Assembly: GCA_964016885.1 (NCBI GenBank)
Contig: OZ024744.1
Location: 70,990,001 to 71,054,000, forward strand
Direction: 5' to 3'
Origin: Eledone cirrhosa
Lineage: Eukaryota
DNA length: 64,000 nucleotides
Below, piece after piece: positions 36,231 to 49,579 of this stretch. The position numbers and the translations under genes were made by a program. Each line of letters opens with the position of its first letter. Position 1 is the stretch's first letter. Under the pieces are notes generated by a model that saw nothing but the letters and a program-made list of their open reading frames with translations, did no database searches and had not been told where the DNA came from.

Positions 36231-37369
36231 TTTTCCTTGTGTGAATTTATAGTCTTCGTTGTGTAATTTACGACAATGTTTTTCGCTATAAGTATCTCAT
36301 CGCCAACAGCTTTTGCAATCAAATCTCTGTTCTGTTCCTTTTTTTTTTAGGCTTTACCCTAATTATTCAAATTCTTTGTAGCAGTTTTTTTTTTAATATA
36401 TTTCTTTTATTGTCGGATAGCGTCAGTACAACAGTATGCGGGCAAAAATCTTATTTTACTTAACTCGGGTTCTTTCTTTTGCGTAATTCAAGATTTTTAA
36501 AATCAAATCCTGTATTTTATACAAAATTACCACCTAATGGTATGAAAATGAATATCCTAATGTGTAAATATATATATATAGATATATATTTTATGGCGTT
36601 TGTATCCTACTAAATTGCGATTAACTCTATGGGTTAGCAGACATCGTTCTGAATCAGTACTAATAGAATATAGTGTTCTCGATCGTTAAATAATTTTAAG
36701 AATAATTATGATATAATTGGTAATTCTGTAACAGATTATTCAACTTGGAGACTAGCTAGTAAGACAAGCAATCAAGTAGCAGTAGGTCCATATTTACTTT
36801 CGCTTACTGGCGAGTTAAAGAGAAATTCTATCTAAAACGATCGTTATCTTATTAGTAGTAAAATTGATTACGAGAGAGATGAGGTTTATACTTCTGCTAA
36901 CCATCTAAATCATGCATGTTTTGTGACATATGTATGTGTATGTGTTTAACTTACAAAAATACAAATAAAGATAGATATGTAGATATATCGACTTCAGGTA
37001 TTTCTGTATTAATATTTCTGTGTTTAAAGTATTTTCCTGCTTGGCAATGTATTATTCCTTTGTGGAATTGTCAATTATTATACCTTAAAACTCAAATAGT
37101 AATTTTGTTGCCTTTTTCGGTGGGGAAAAGCAAAGTTCTTTTTTTCCTTTTCATTTCCCCGCCCTCTTTTTTCCTCTTCTCAAAAGTTTGGAACTCCCAT
37201 TGTCTTTCATTTACGAAGGCATTTTCCGCTCCATAAAAAAAAACCGTATTCAATAATGTAGTTACGTAGATGAAAGCAAAGGCCGCTTCGTTGCGTTTCT
37301 ATTAAATACTCAGAAAAACGCTATCTTGTTTAATTTGAATTTATTGTTGACGTAACTACAAATTGGTTA

Positions 37370-39940
37370 AATATACAGAAAAAGGAGCCAGTATTGGAAA
37401 GGACTATAAATGTCATAAATGAGGGGGAAAGGAGGGAAGAAGAAGGGACTATTAGACAAAGAAAGAAAGGGGGGAAGAGGAGAGGGTGACAGACTACACC
37501 TTAGGTTAGAGTTCTGTTTTGGCTGCATCTCGTGGCCAAAATAGCAAAGGTATTTCTGCAGACAATGGCCAGCGACAGCCACCCCACTCAGATGGGCTGC
37601 TATCGATCCAGTTTTATAGAGGAAGTCAGCTGTCCGGGGTCCGAAAATGCATGGGGTCTCGACAGCAATCGGGGCAAAGAGGAAGCAGCTAAAGAAACCC
37701 TTATATTTGCTTGTCTTCCTGTTCTTTGCAAGGCGGGCTGCAGTACTGGGGTTTGTGGCCGAGGCGACTAAATTGAAGGCAGGGAACATGTCACGGCATA
37801 TTGCGTCCCAGATGAGGGATCTACCTCCTTTAAAAGGGAAGAGGGTAATTCTGTTAGGGGCACTAGTTGTCACCACCGTCGCAGCCTACAGGCTCCAGTT
37901 GTGATGGGAAGCCAACTGCATCCAGGCTCCTTCCCAATATGTCGTTGAGAGCAGTATGCTGGGGGAACCAACCTGCACTCTGGCAGCATGACAGTGGGTG
38001 CAGGCCTAACTCATCAATGACACCCCCATAATGACATTTATGTGGCATGCACATGTGGAAGCCGAAGTGTTGGGCCAGTCTGATGTGAGTGCACTCATCA
38101 TTAAGAAGAATACTGGTTAATGAGAAGGGCATCGAGTTGAGCCACGCGCTGTTATTTGTGAGGCAGAATGGAAGCAGGTGAGGTGGTGTTGGTCAAAGCC
38201 AGACTCAATCTGCCTAAAGGAAGACCTGCACATGATGTCATCCCAGTTATGTTGGACATTTCTGTACTGAGGGATGGCGAGGCCTTTGCTGGTCCAGGTG
38301 GCCAGAGTCTGCTCCAGTTCTTAGGTCACGACAGGTTTTGTTGTCTTGCTGATACCATATTTTGAGAGTACGACTGGAGGAGATTGAGGAGAGGAAGGCC
38401 GTCAATGCCAGATCTGATGCAGAGTGGAGGTCGAGGTCACCGAACTTCACAGGAAGCTTTGCTTGTTGCCAATTAGTGCTGTCATAACTCATGTTGCAGA
38501 TGAGTTCTGCATAACGTTGGATGGTGGCATCGAGTTCGCCGAGGCGATTTTGTGAGGGTTGTAAGGTGCCCATGCAGTGTGAACAAGAATTTAGAAGAAC
38601 AAAACAGTGCCCCAGGTAAAAGAACGCTGGATGTGCATCAATGCGATGCAACTTCTTCATACTTAACAGGTCTGCGTGTGCTTGGTCTCCAGGCACTCTC
38701 ATATGGCTTTGAGAGAATTGAAGAGCCAAGAATGTAGACAGTGTCTTTGGACATTAGCCGAGCCCCAGAAAAGTTAGGATAGATGTTGAGTATGGTGTCA
38801 TGGAATTTGTCCTCACCATAGCTAATGTTTATCACCTCAGACTTGGATGGGTTGATTTCATGTCTGAGGAGCTTTAGAGCTGGAATCATTAACTGAAGGT
38901 CCTCAACTACTGACTCAGCCAAGCCACCCAGGATCGTGTCGTCCAGGTACCAGACACTGAAGGGCAGAGCGGGCAATGTCATCAACTACCAGTGCAAAGA
39001 AGAGTGGGCAAAGTGAGTCTCCTTGCATGACACCCTTAGCAGAAGTGACCTTATTATGAGCAACCATGAGTATGCTGGGTGTTCCATATGAGATGTGAGC
39101 AAGAGGGAATATTGAGGGGGCTCGTCTAAGACATGATCCCGCTTAACGCTGTTGAAAGTATTTCTCATATCCAGCTTCACTATGAGGTGGGATGACGAAG
39201 AATTTGTGTGCTCTATTAGAGTGACTGGCTTCATGAGCTGCAACCTCACATCTGCACTTGATTCCCACTCCAAGCTGGACAGTGCTTAGCATCTCACTCA
39301 GGTCATCTTTGACTGACTTGCAAGCTATCTTGGCTGCAAGTCTTCAGAAGACGTTACCCACTGCGATAGGGACAGATGCCTCTGTCATTCTTTCTCAGAG
39401 TTGGCAGACTGACTGAGAAGAAAAAATCACAGGCAGGGCAGGGTAGGTTAGTGGGGAGAAGACAATTGGTGAGAGTTTTGATTGACTGGAGCAATGTGCT
39501 CCTGCCTCAGCAGCATTTGGCGAGATAAGGTCTCTGGGGTGGTTGGGACACAGGCCGTCCATTCCACCACTGCTGCTCCCTGGGAAAGATCTCGGGGCAG
39601 CTACTACATCCTCTCTAGATGTGCTCAAAGAAAGGTTACTAGCTGGGGTTTGGAAGTCCCTGATGTTAGCTGGGGGCAGGAAGGTGTTTATGACAGAGCA
39701 CTTCTAGGACATCCAGTGTGGGCCAGAGTACAGTCTCGCTCAAAGTCAGCATACATACCACAGCCGAAATGTCGCCCTCAATTGTTTGACATTGCAGGGA
39801 GAAAGGATGGTGGGTGTCAGGCATTTTAACTGGGGTGTTGGAGAGGCCATATGCCAAATCCCCTATGGACTTTCTCATGATGAAATCCACCATCAAGAGG
39901 AACAAAAAACAAGCTGCACGCTGAGAATTTAACACTTTCA
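37370..39940 (-). mobile_element. Degenerate CRE-clade non-LTR retrotransposon (RT + zinc knuckle + RLE)
   Basis: SSGGMDGLCPNH, VKLDMRNTFNSVKR, WYLDDTILGG, LPVKFGDLDL, GLHPLSC...HTALNDI, PNRITLFPFKGGRSLIWDA, FAPIAVETPCIFGP; many frameshifts. Confidence 0.85.
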
Positions 39941-40276
39941 GCTAGGGGAGCTAGTTGCAAACGAAGAATTTAACTAATTACCTATAATAAGAAATATGTA
40001 AATATTTCAGTGACTTTTCTACTCTTTCCTTTTCTATATAAATATTCAAATGTTAACGATATTTAATTGACTCGCTATATATATATGAACAAAACAAAAC
40101 AAAAAAATTACCAGGTAACTAACTTTTACGTTACCTTCATCTTACTGTCCATTTTGATATCGATACTAATAAAGCTGACGGCCGTATGTATGTAACAAAC
40201 TTTTCACCAAACAGCTGAACCAAACGGCACCAAATTTGCACCATAGATGTAACATTACTGGTACTTTATTATATAC

Positions 40277-40740
40277 TAGCTGGCTCGTCCGGCATTTTAT
40301 CTTTTCAGGATTTCCTCCCCTCCACTCCAGTTCAAAGATGCCGCGGGGGGTTAACGTGCTCTGATGTTGGGTTTGAATAGTTTTTTAGGATTCCCTAATT
40401 CAGCAGCCAGTACGATAAAAAAAAATTGATAGTTACAACAATAAAGGTTGAACAGAGAACACATTTTTTAACAAACATTACAATAATTTGTACAACCATA
40501 ATGGAACTTCCAAGTAACAGAAAATACATAAATTACATTGTTAGAGCCTCAGAGTATACAATATTTTTTGTTCGACCCTTAGGAGTAAAGATGAAGAGAT
40601 TGTTTGACGAACTCACCCTAGAGCATCCTACATACAATTGACCATGGTTTTCCCAGATGAAGGCCAGCCACATTTAGGGTTTGATCCTGAGCTTTGTTGA
40701 TGGTAATCGCGAAGCTTAGTCTCTCTGTTGCTCTAGTAAC
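40277..40740 (-). mobile_element. Helitron 3' fragment (Pif1 helicase C-terminus to CTAG end)
   Basis: RLSFAITINKAQDQTLNVAGLHL...HGQLYVGCSRV...KNIVYSEAL*; terminus ...GGACGAGCCAGCTAG at 40277. Confidence 0.85.
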
Positions 40741-41354
40741 ATTTTTTCTTCCGGAAAATCTGATCTTGCGGCCAGGATGGGACTTTTTGGGTGGCATATC
40801 GGCAGTAACAATGAAATAAATATGTATGCAAAAATATCTGTACACGAATATATAATTATATATATACCCGCAACCAGAGCTTCGATTATGCTGTACTACC
40901 TTCTTGTATTTTATATATATATATATATCTATATATTAAAATAACAGATTAAAGTTTAAGCAAATAATCGCTGCTTTCACCCTTAACGGGATCTTCTGAA
41001 ACTAAAAAAATCAATCTGTGAACGCAGAAGTAAATATTTCGAAAAACGTTGCAATCGAAGGAAAACAGAGAGACGATACTTTGGTTCGTGAAGACACCCA
41101 GACATACATTCCCTGACACTGAACGGAAAAAAGCGAAGATAATACGTCAGCAATGAGAACAATATTTGCTCTAGGGTTCTTATATATTTGATACATATTT
41201 ATCCTTATTGAGCCCTCTTTGGATTTTAGTCTTCACATTTATTATTATTACTAATTATATATATATTTATTAAAATAACAGATTAAAGTTTAAGCAAAGA
41301 ATCGCGGCTTTCACCCTTAATGGGATCGTCTGAGAAAAAAAAATATATATATCT

Positions 41355-41663
41355 TGCAATCGAAAGGTTGTGAGTTCAATTCTCAGACCGGGTGATGTGT
41401 TGTTTCCTTGAGCAAGACACTTTATTTCACATTGCTCCAGTTTACTCAGCTGTAGAAATGAGATGATAGGGACTGGGGTCTCTATCATTCCACTGCAAAG
41501 TGGCCGTGGAGGTGCCACGGCAAAAAAGCACCCAGCACTCACTGTAAATGAGGTTGGTGTTAGGAAGGGCATCCAGCTGTAGAAATCAAGCCAGAATCAG
41601 TTCCCGTCCCACCTTTGCAAGCAGGGAAAAGTGGACGTAAAATAATGATGATGATGATGATGA
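41355..41663 (+). mobile_element. Chimeric SINE (tRNA head + central domain + RTE 3' tail); near-identical copies at 50232-50556(-) and 54240-54583(-)
   Basis: GTGAGTTCAATTCTC...TTGAGCAAGACACTTTATTTCACATTGCTCCAG...GTTAGGAAGGGCATCCAGCTGTAGAAATC...GCAAGCAGGGAAAAGTGGACGTAAA(ATG)n. Confidence 0.85.
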
Positions 41664-42223
41664 TATATAATTAATTATTGAGAGGGCGTGCGGTATCTTT
41701 GCAGTGAATTAATTAAAAGTTGGTTAGAAGCAAAGTCAATGCAGACAGACAGCCAGACAGACAGATATTATAAGCGTGCGACGTTATAGCTATGTATCTA
41801 TCTAAAAAGACAGACTAAGAAAGAGAGAGGAATGTCGTTTAACCAGAAGTGCTGACATTTGAAAATTTTAAAGAAGTGAATATTTAAATAAACGATAAAA
41901 TATCTTTAATCTTTTAACGAAATTTAGAAGACAAAAATTCCCTCACTTTCTTACTTGGAAAAAGTTACATCTATGGTGCAAATTTGGTGCTTTTTTCCAG
42001 CCGTTTGGTGTAAAGTTTGTTACATACATACGGCCGTCAGCTTTATAATATAAATAATATATATAATACAACATTCCTCTCTCTTTCTTACTGTCTTTTT
42101 AGATAGATACATAGCTATAACGTCGCACACTTATATCTCGCTGTCTGTCTGCATTGACTTCGCTTCTAACCAACTTTTAATTAATTATATATATATATAT
42201 ATATATAATTATATATTCGTGTA

Positions 42224-42643
42224 CATATTTTCAACAGTAACACTATACTATACTATATATTTTCAACAGTAATACTATACTACATTATATGTATTCAACA
42301 GTCATACTATACTATATATTTTCAACAGTAATACTATACTATATGTTTTCAACAATAATACTATACTATATATTTTCAACAGTCATACTATACTATATAT
42401 TTTCAACAGTAATACTATACTATATATTTTCAACAGTAATACTATACTATATATTTTCAACAGTCATACTATACTATATATTTTCAACAGTAATACAATA
42501 CTATATATTTTCAACAGTAATACAATACTATATATTTTCAACAGTAATTCTATACTACGCTATATATTTTCAACAGTAATACTGTACTATATATTTTCAA
42601 CAGTGATACTATACTATATATTTTCAACAGTAATACTGTACTA
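42224..42643. repeat. 27-bp minisatellite, array 1 (~15 units)
   Basis: TTTTCAACAGTAATACTATACTATATA, with 32-bp variants. Confidence 0.95.
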
Positions 42644-43989
42644 TCTATACTATAAAGCTGACGGCCGTATGTAGGTAACAAACTTTCCGCCAAAAGGCTG
42701 GACCAAACAGCACCAAATTTGCACCATAGATGTAACTTTTTCCAAGTAAAAATGTGAGGGTATTTTTCTCTACTGAATATTGTTAAAAGGTTAAAGACAT
42801 TATTTAAATATTCACTTCTTTAAAATTTCAAATGTCAACACTTCCGGTAATACGTCATTCCTCACTTTTTCTTATGACGTCGCACAACATTCCCCTCTTT
42901 TTCTCAGTCTGTCTTTTTAGATAGATACATAGCTATAACGTAGCACACTTATAATATCTCTCTGTATGTCTGGCTGTCTGCATTAGATAACGTTTTTCAA
43001 AATATTTACTTCTGCATTCACAGACAGATTTTTTTAGTTTCAGAAGATCCCGTTAAGGGTGAAAGCACCAATTCTTTGCTTAAACTTTAATCTGTTATTT
43101 TAATATATAATCGTGTACAGATATTTTTGCATACACAAAAACAAAAACCTATTTATTTCACGAAAGCACAGACGGCTTATCGTCATTGTTACTGTTCGAG
43201 GTTAGAGGACCACAGTCTTTCCAAGACCTGAGAACCCTCAATGGCCATCAATGTTCCACTTATCGTTTGGCTTGCCAAATGCGTGGTATGTTACACGATC
43301 ACAGCTATTGGCACCTCACCCTGCAAGAAGCAGCAACTGCTAAAGTCCCTTCTCAGCTGCAAAAACTTTTGCTATTATGCTGCACAACTGCGATCTCGCG
43401 GACCCACTCACACTGTGGAACAACCACCGTGAAAGTCTAGCTGAGGACATCCTCCACCGCACACGCAGACACAATCAAACGTAACATACGATGTCGTTTT
43501 CAATGAGGCGCTCATTTGTCTTGAAAACAGTGTCCTGGAGATTGGTGGTAGGCCTCTAAGTCACTACAGCTTACCTGCTCCAGACAGGAGTGTCCAGAGG
43601 TCAACGTCTACAGAGCTTCTCCGCGAGACGAGCTACGAAATCAGCATTCTCCCATGATCAATTGTATGTAGGATGCTCTAGGGTGAGCTCGCCAAACAAT
43701 CTCTTCATCTTTGCTCCGGAGGGCCGAATAAAAAATATTGTATACTCTGAGGCTCTAACAATGTAATTTAAATATTTTCTGTTACTTTGAATTTCCATTA
43801 TGGTTGTACAAATTATTGTTTGTTAAAAAATGTGTGCTCTGTTCAGCCTTTATTGTTGTAACTATCAATTTTCTTTAACGTACTGGCTGCTGAACTTGGG
43901 AATCCTAAAAACTATTCAAACTGGAGTGTAGGGGGGATTCCTGAAAAGATAAAATGCGTAGCCGGGCGCCAGCCCGACCGGTCAGCTAT
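42644..43989 (+). mobile_element. Internally deleted Helitron
   Basis: 5' TC-TATACTATAAAGCTGACGGCCG; RepHel remnants LLFEVRGPQSFQDLRTLNG...TYRLACQMRGML and SHDQLYVGCSRV...IKNIVYSEAL; GC hairpin GCCGGGCGCCAGCCCG then CTAT. Confidence 0.82.
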
Positions 43990-44800
43990 ACTATATATTT
44001 TCAACAGTAATACTATAGTACACTATATGTTTTCAACAGTAATATTATACTATATATTTTCAACAGTAATACTGTACTATACTACATATTTTCAACAGTA
44101 ATACTGTACTATATATTTTCAACAGTAATACTATACTATATATTTTCAACAGTAATACTATACTATATATTTTCAACAGTAATACTATACTATATATTTT
44201 CAACAGTAATACTGTACTATATATTTTCAACAGTAATACTATACTATATATTTTCAACAGTAATACTATACTATATATTTTCAACAGTAATACTATACCA
44301 TATATTTTCAACTGTAATACTATACTATATGTTTTCAACAGTAATACTGTACTATATATTTTCTACTGTAATACTGTACTATATATTTTCAACGGTAATA
44401 CTATACTATATATTTTCAACAGTAATGCTGTACTTTACTATATATTTTCAACAGTAATACTATACTATATATTTTCAACAGTAATACTATACTATATATT
44501 TTCAACAGTAATACTGTACTATACTATATATTTTCAACAGTAATACTGTACTATACTATATATTTTCAACAGTAATACTATGCTACACTATATGTTTTCA
44601 ACAGTTATACTGTAATATATATTTTCAACTGTAATACTATACTATATATTTTCAACAGTAATACTATACTATACAAGATATTTTCAACAGTACTACTATT
44701 CTATATATTTTCAACAGTAATACTGTACTATATATTTTCAACAGTCATACTATACTATACTATATGTTTTCAACAGTAATACTATACTATACTATCTACT
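43990..44800. repeat. 27-bp minisatellite, array 2 (roughly 28 units)
   Basis: Same unit as 42224-42643. Confidence 0.95.
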
Positions 44801-45753
44801 TATATATATAACCAGCAATTTCTCGCTCTGTCTGTCCGACAGTAGAAGCACGTGCGTAGAGAGAGATAGAAACACGTGCGTAGAGAGAGAGTGAGAGTGA
44901 AAGAAAGAGACAGACTACGAGAGGGGGATAGCGGAAGGGAGAGAGGGAGAGAGAGAGAGTGAATAGACGCTAAAACACGTGCTATAGAAACATTACCTTC
45001 CCCTCTCCACTGACTTTGGTCACTGAGGCCGATGGAATCGCTGGTTGCTATAGAGACACCTTGCACAAGCCAGAAGTAACCAGTTCGAGGCGGTTCTGAC
45101 TTGACACCATGCGAAGAAGGTTGCCATTGAATTTGTGGTTTGAAGAAGGTTGCCATTGAATTTGTGGTTGTTGCTGTTGATAATAAGGACCATTTGAAGA
45201 AGGTTGCTGCTGATGAGGTAATTTATTAATCAGATTGCGCAGTTCCATAACCTACGTTTGATTTGTTCAATTTTTTCTTCAATTTTTGTTGTTGTTTTTT
45301 TTAATTTCTTATTGAAAAAATATAAATAATAAAATAAGGTTAAAATTTAAATACAATTAAATACGATTTAATTTCCATTTCCAGCAGCCAATGTCCAGTG
45401 TTCAATTTCATGAAAAAATTGGAAATAATTCAAAAAATTGAAGTTTAACTTTTGAACATTTGTTTTGACAATAAAAAAATATTTCCTTATTCACACCTAA
45501 TGGTATGATTAAAATTTCATAGGAATATTTTTTCTAACCGCCAGTTATTTATTTTCTCCTTTTTCGTTTTAACATATATTTATTTCAAAGATTTCACCGT
45601 ATAGATAACATATATATTTATACATGCATAAAAGACACACCGAGAGACGGTGAACATGTGGTGCCGAAAACATTTCTCATCCAAATCTCAACAATATCAG
45701 TATATACAATAGATTTGCTAGCAGAAAACCGCCCACCGGGTAGTTTTCTGCTA
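44800..45753 (+). mobile_element. Probable non-autonomous Helitron-like element
   Basis: TATATATAA...CTGTCTGTC start, internal short duplications, terminal palindrome CTAGCAGAAAAC...GTTTTCTGCTAG. Confidence 0.5.
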
Positions 45754-46917
45754 GTCTATATATATAAAACTGAGGATGTCTGTCTGTGTGTGAGTCTGAG
45801 AGTTTGAATCCCTAAAACTCGAGAAACACCCAACCGACTGTTTTCAAACTTTACACATGTAATACTTATGTTTCAGGGAGTGTTCTGAGCAAAAGAAATT
45901 TCAAATTTTCAATGACCTAGGGACCGCATTACGCCAGACCAATTTCCTTGAAATTGTAACTATGTATTAGTCAGTCTTTTCTTCATACGGTGAGCAAAGA
46001 AAATTTAAGTTTTTTATGGCCTAGGGTCTGCATTAGATGAGAAACTTATTTTCTCAGCTTTTTAGGGCTTTTTTGAGGCGTTACGTGTAGTCGATTTTCC
46101 CGAAATTTCAAGGCATATTATGCACATAAAAAAATTCAACATTTTGACCCCCTAGGGCCCACATTAGATGAAAAACTGCTTTTTTAAAAGCTTTTTAGGT
46201 TTTTTTTTAGGCGTTACGTCAGACTAATTTCCTTGAAATTTTAACTATGTATTAGTCAGTCTTTTCTTCATACGGTGAGCAAAGAAAATCCAAGTTTTTT
46301 TATGGCCTAGGGCCTGCATTAGGTGAAAAACTTATTTTCTCAGCTTTTTAGGGCTTTTTTGAGGCGTTACGTGTAGTCGATTTTCCCGAAATTTCAAGGC
46401 ATATTATGCACATAAAAAAATTCAACTTTTTTATCCCCTAGGGCCCGCATTAGGTGAAAAACTGCGTTTTTTTCAGCTTTTTGGGGTTTTTTGAGGCGTT
46501 ACGTCAGACTAATTTCCTTGAAATTGTAACTATGTATTAGTCAGTCTCATCTTCATAGGGTGAGCAAAGAAAATCCAACTTTTTTATGGCCTAGGACCCG
46601 CATTAGGTGAAAAACTTCATTTTTCAGCTTTTTAGGGTTTTTTGGAGGCGTTACGTCTAGCCAATTTTCCCGAAATTTAAAGGCATATTATGTATATAAA
46701 AAAATTCATTTTCTTGATCCCCTAGGGCCCGCATTAGGTGAAAACCTGCATTTTTCCTGCTTCATCGAGTTAAATCTTAAAGATTATCCAGCCATCAGAG
46801 TATTCGGTTTATTTTCTTTACATATTGTCCAGGCATGCAGTTTTTCCACGATTAGGTCTGTTGGCGGCCCGCATTCCAAAATACCTTGCCCGTGCAACGT
46901 CGGGTACCACTGCTAGT
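45754..46917 (+). mobile_element. Non-autonomous Helitron with internal 285-bp tandem repeat (x3, each two ~142-bp subunits)
   Basis: 5' TC-TATATATATAAAACTG...(GTCT)n; AATTTCCTTGAAATT at 45941, 46226 and 46511; 3' hairpin CCCGTGCAACGTCGGG then CTAG. Confidence 0.8.
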
Positions 46918-47367
46918 ACTATATATTTTCAACAGTAATACTATACTACACAGACGGCTTATCGTCTGTTTATCCAAGCGAAGCTAGGTACGCCAACTAT
47001 ATATATATCCGGATCCCGTAGAACACGCCAATGGTAGCCGGGCGCCAGCCGGACGGGCCAGCTAGTTATATATATAAGTTAAATATGCATGTTTTAAACA
47101 TACATAGATTTCGTCAATTAGGTTAAGTGTACTGAATGCTGTACAGATTAATTAATTCATTGAAACTATGCTCTCAGACAGAGAAGGAAAACAAAACCCT
47201 AGCAGCTGTTAGCAACTCTGAAGGAGGAAGAGATAACTTCAAAGATATATATATATATATATGTGTGTGTGTGTATATATATATATATACACATATACAT
47301 ATACACTGAAACAGACAGACAGATACACTCACACATATATGTATGTGTGTGTATATATATATATATA

Positions 47368-48540
47368 GGTGTAGAGGAATGACTTGTGAGGACAGTGCAT
47401 GCTATGTACAGAGGTGCTGTCAGTAAAGTGAGAGTAGGAATGGAGTTTAGTGAGGAATTCCAGATACAAATAGGAGTGCATCAGGGTTCGATCCTCAGCC
47501 TACTCTTGTTCATTATAGTTCTCCAAGCCATAACAGAGGGGTTTAAGATTGGCTGCCCATGGGAACTTCTCTATGCCGACGATCTTGTACATATAGTAGA
47601 ATCAGTAGAGGAGCTAGAGAATAAATTCTAGCTATGGAAACAGCAGTTAGAATCAAGAGGGCTGAGAGTGAATCTAGCTAAGACTAAAGTGTTGATAAGT
47701 AGGAAAGAGAACAAAACTCTGATTCCATCAGGAAAGAGGCCATGTCGATATGTAGATAAGGAGTTGGCATAAATTCTAAATAATGTATACAATGCAGATC
47801 TTGGGTACATAAGAGATCTAGGGGATAGCAGGCAATTTAACAGGTAGTAAAAACTATATATACAGTAGATGTTCAGGGAAACTTGACAGTAGAAGTCGCA
47901 GTGATAGACACATTTTTCAAATGCAGATAGGATCTATAGAGGTGGTTGATAGCTTCCGATACCTAGATGATCAGATTAGCAAAGGAGGAGAGTGCTCCAA
48001 GGCCATAGTATCTAGAATAAGGGTGGGTTGGAAGACATTTAGGGAGCTGCTGCCTCTGTTGACAAAAAATGGTTTCTCCCTACGAACAAAAGGCCAGTTA
48101 TATGATGCCTGTGTGAGATGCATGATGCTGCATAGTAGTAAGACATGGGCAACAACTACAGAAGATATGCAACAGCTGGAGAGAAATGAAGCAAGCATGC
48201 TCCAATGGATGTGCAATGTCAATGTGCGTGAACAACCAATCATGGGCGAAATGAAACAAGCTTGCTCAGTTGGATGTGCAATGTCAATGTGCATGAACGA
48301 CCAAGTATAGATGAGTTGAGTGAGAAACTGTGTATAAGAGGGATAAGCTGTAGTGTGTGGGAAAGAAGACTGTGTTGGTATGGACATGTGATGGAGGATG
48401 ACCACTGGGTAAAGAAGTGCCAAGAAATCTCAGTAGAAGAAAGACACAGAACAGGAAGGCCACGAAAAACATGGGTAGAGGTGGTGAGACCTCAGACCGA
48501 TGAAGCTCATGGAGGAGATTACGAAGGACCATAACAAGTG
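47368..48540 (+). mobile_element. Degenerate RTE family B fragment (RT, finger, C-terminus)
   Basis: GVHQGSILS, CPWELLYADD, VDSFRYLD, with stops; internal ~66-bp tandem duplication at 48180-48310. Confidence 0.9.
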
Positions 48541-49238
48541 GACCAGGTCATGTGTTGTGTCTTTGAGCAAGACATTTTATTTCCTGTTGCTCCAGTTTAC
48601 TCAGCTGTAGAAATGAGTTGCGACATCACTGGTGTCAAGCTGTATCAGACATTGCCTTTCCCTTGGACAACATTGGTGGCATGGAGAGGGGAGGCTGGTA
48701 TGCATGGGCAAGTGCTGGTTTTCCACAAAAACACCTTACCTGGTGTCGTGCCTTGGTGAGGAACTTTCTAGATGCAAAACCCTTGGTCATTCATGAGCAA
48801 AGGGCATATTTTTCTAGCAAATTGTACCAGCTTTTAAAAAAATTTATCAGCCTTTTACTAACACACATCTGTTATTTTAATATATATATATATAATTATA
48901 TATTCGTGAACAGATATCTTTGCTTACCCAATAACAAAATATAAACAAACGTATTTATTTCATGAGGCTCAATAAGGATAAATATATATCAAATATATAA
49001 AAACCCTAGAGCAAATATTGTTCTCATTGCTGACGTATTATCTTTGCTATTTTCCACCCAATTGAGTTAAACTCCTGGTAACCTACGACAAATTTTTTTT
49101 AGAAGCACAAAATGTAGACACCATCCCGGTATTCTGTACTTCTCTGTACTGTTTCAGAAAGGAGGTATAATCATGCCAATCTATGTTTAGAACCCCAAGC
49201 AACGCCAGGCCACTCTGCTAGTATATATATAATTATAA

Positions 49239-49579
49239 TGTAGCGGTTGTCTCCCTTGTTTGGATTAACATCTAGACGGGAAGTAGAACCCTTTCTGTAA
49301 CTTCCGGTCAGAACCCTATAAAACTAACAACTTTAAGTTCTCACTCTCTCATTTGGCTCTGCCTCTCATTTGGCCTTCTGGCGCCTGGCTGGCCTTAGCC
49401 AGGCGTCCTCTGCCAGCCGCGTTTGCCTGGCAATCAAAACGGTAACGACTAACTTTGTTTCATTCTATCATCCATTACTTTGACATGTCAACTATACTAT
49501 CTACCATTGTTAATTAAATATTATACACACAAACAATGTATTCCTTGTTACATTCATACTACCCAGTAATCTCGCTATA
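49239..49579 (+). mobile_element. Solo LTR (Gypsy-type, 341 bp)
   Basis: TGTAGCG...CGCTATA termini; 4-bp TSD ATAA (49235-38 and 49580-83); TATAAAA at ~49317; ATTAAA at ~49513. Confidence 0.75.

Noticed and set aside
42289-44338. Repetitive ORFs (FSTVILYYI)n and (LLLKIYSIV)n
   Set aside because: Read-through of a 27-bp satellite; 32-bp variants break the frame.
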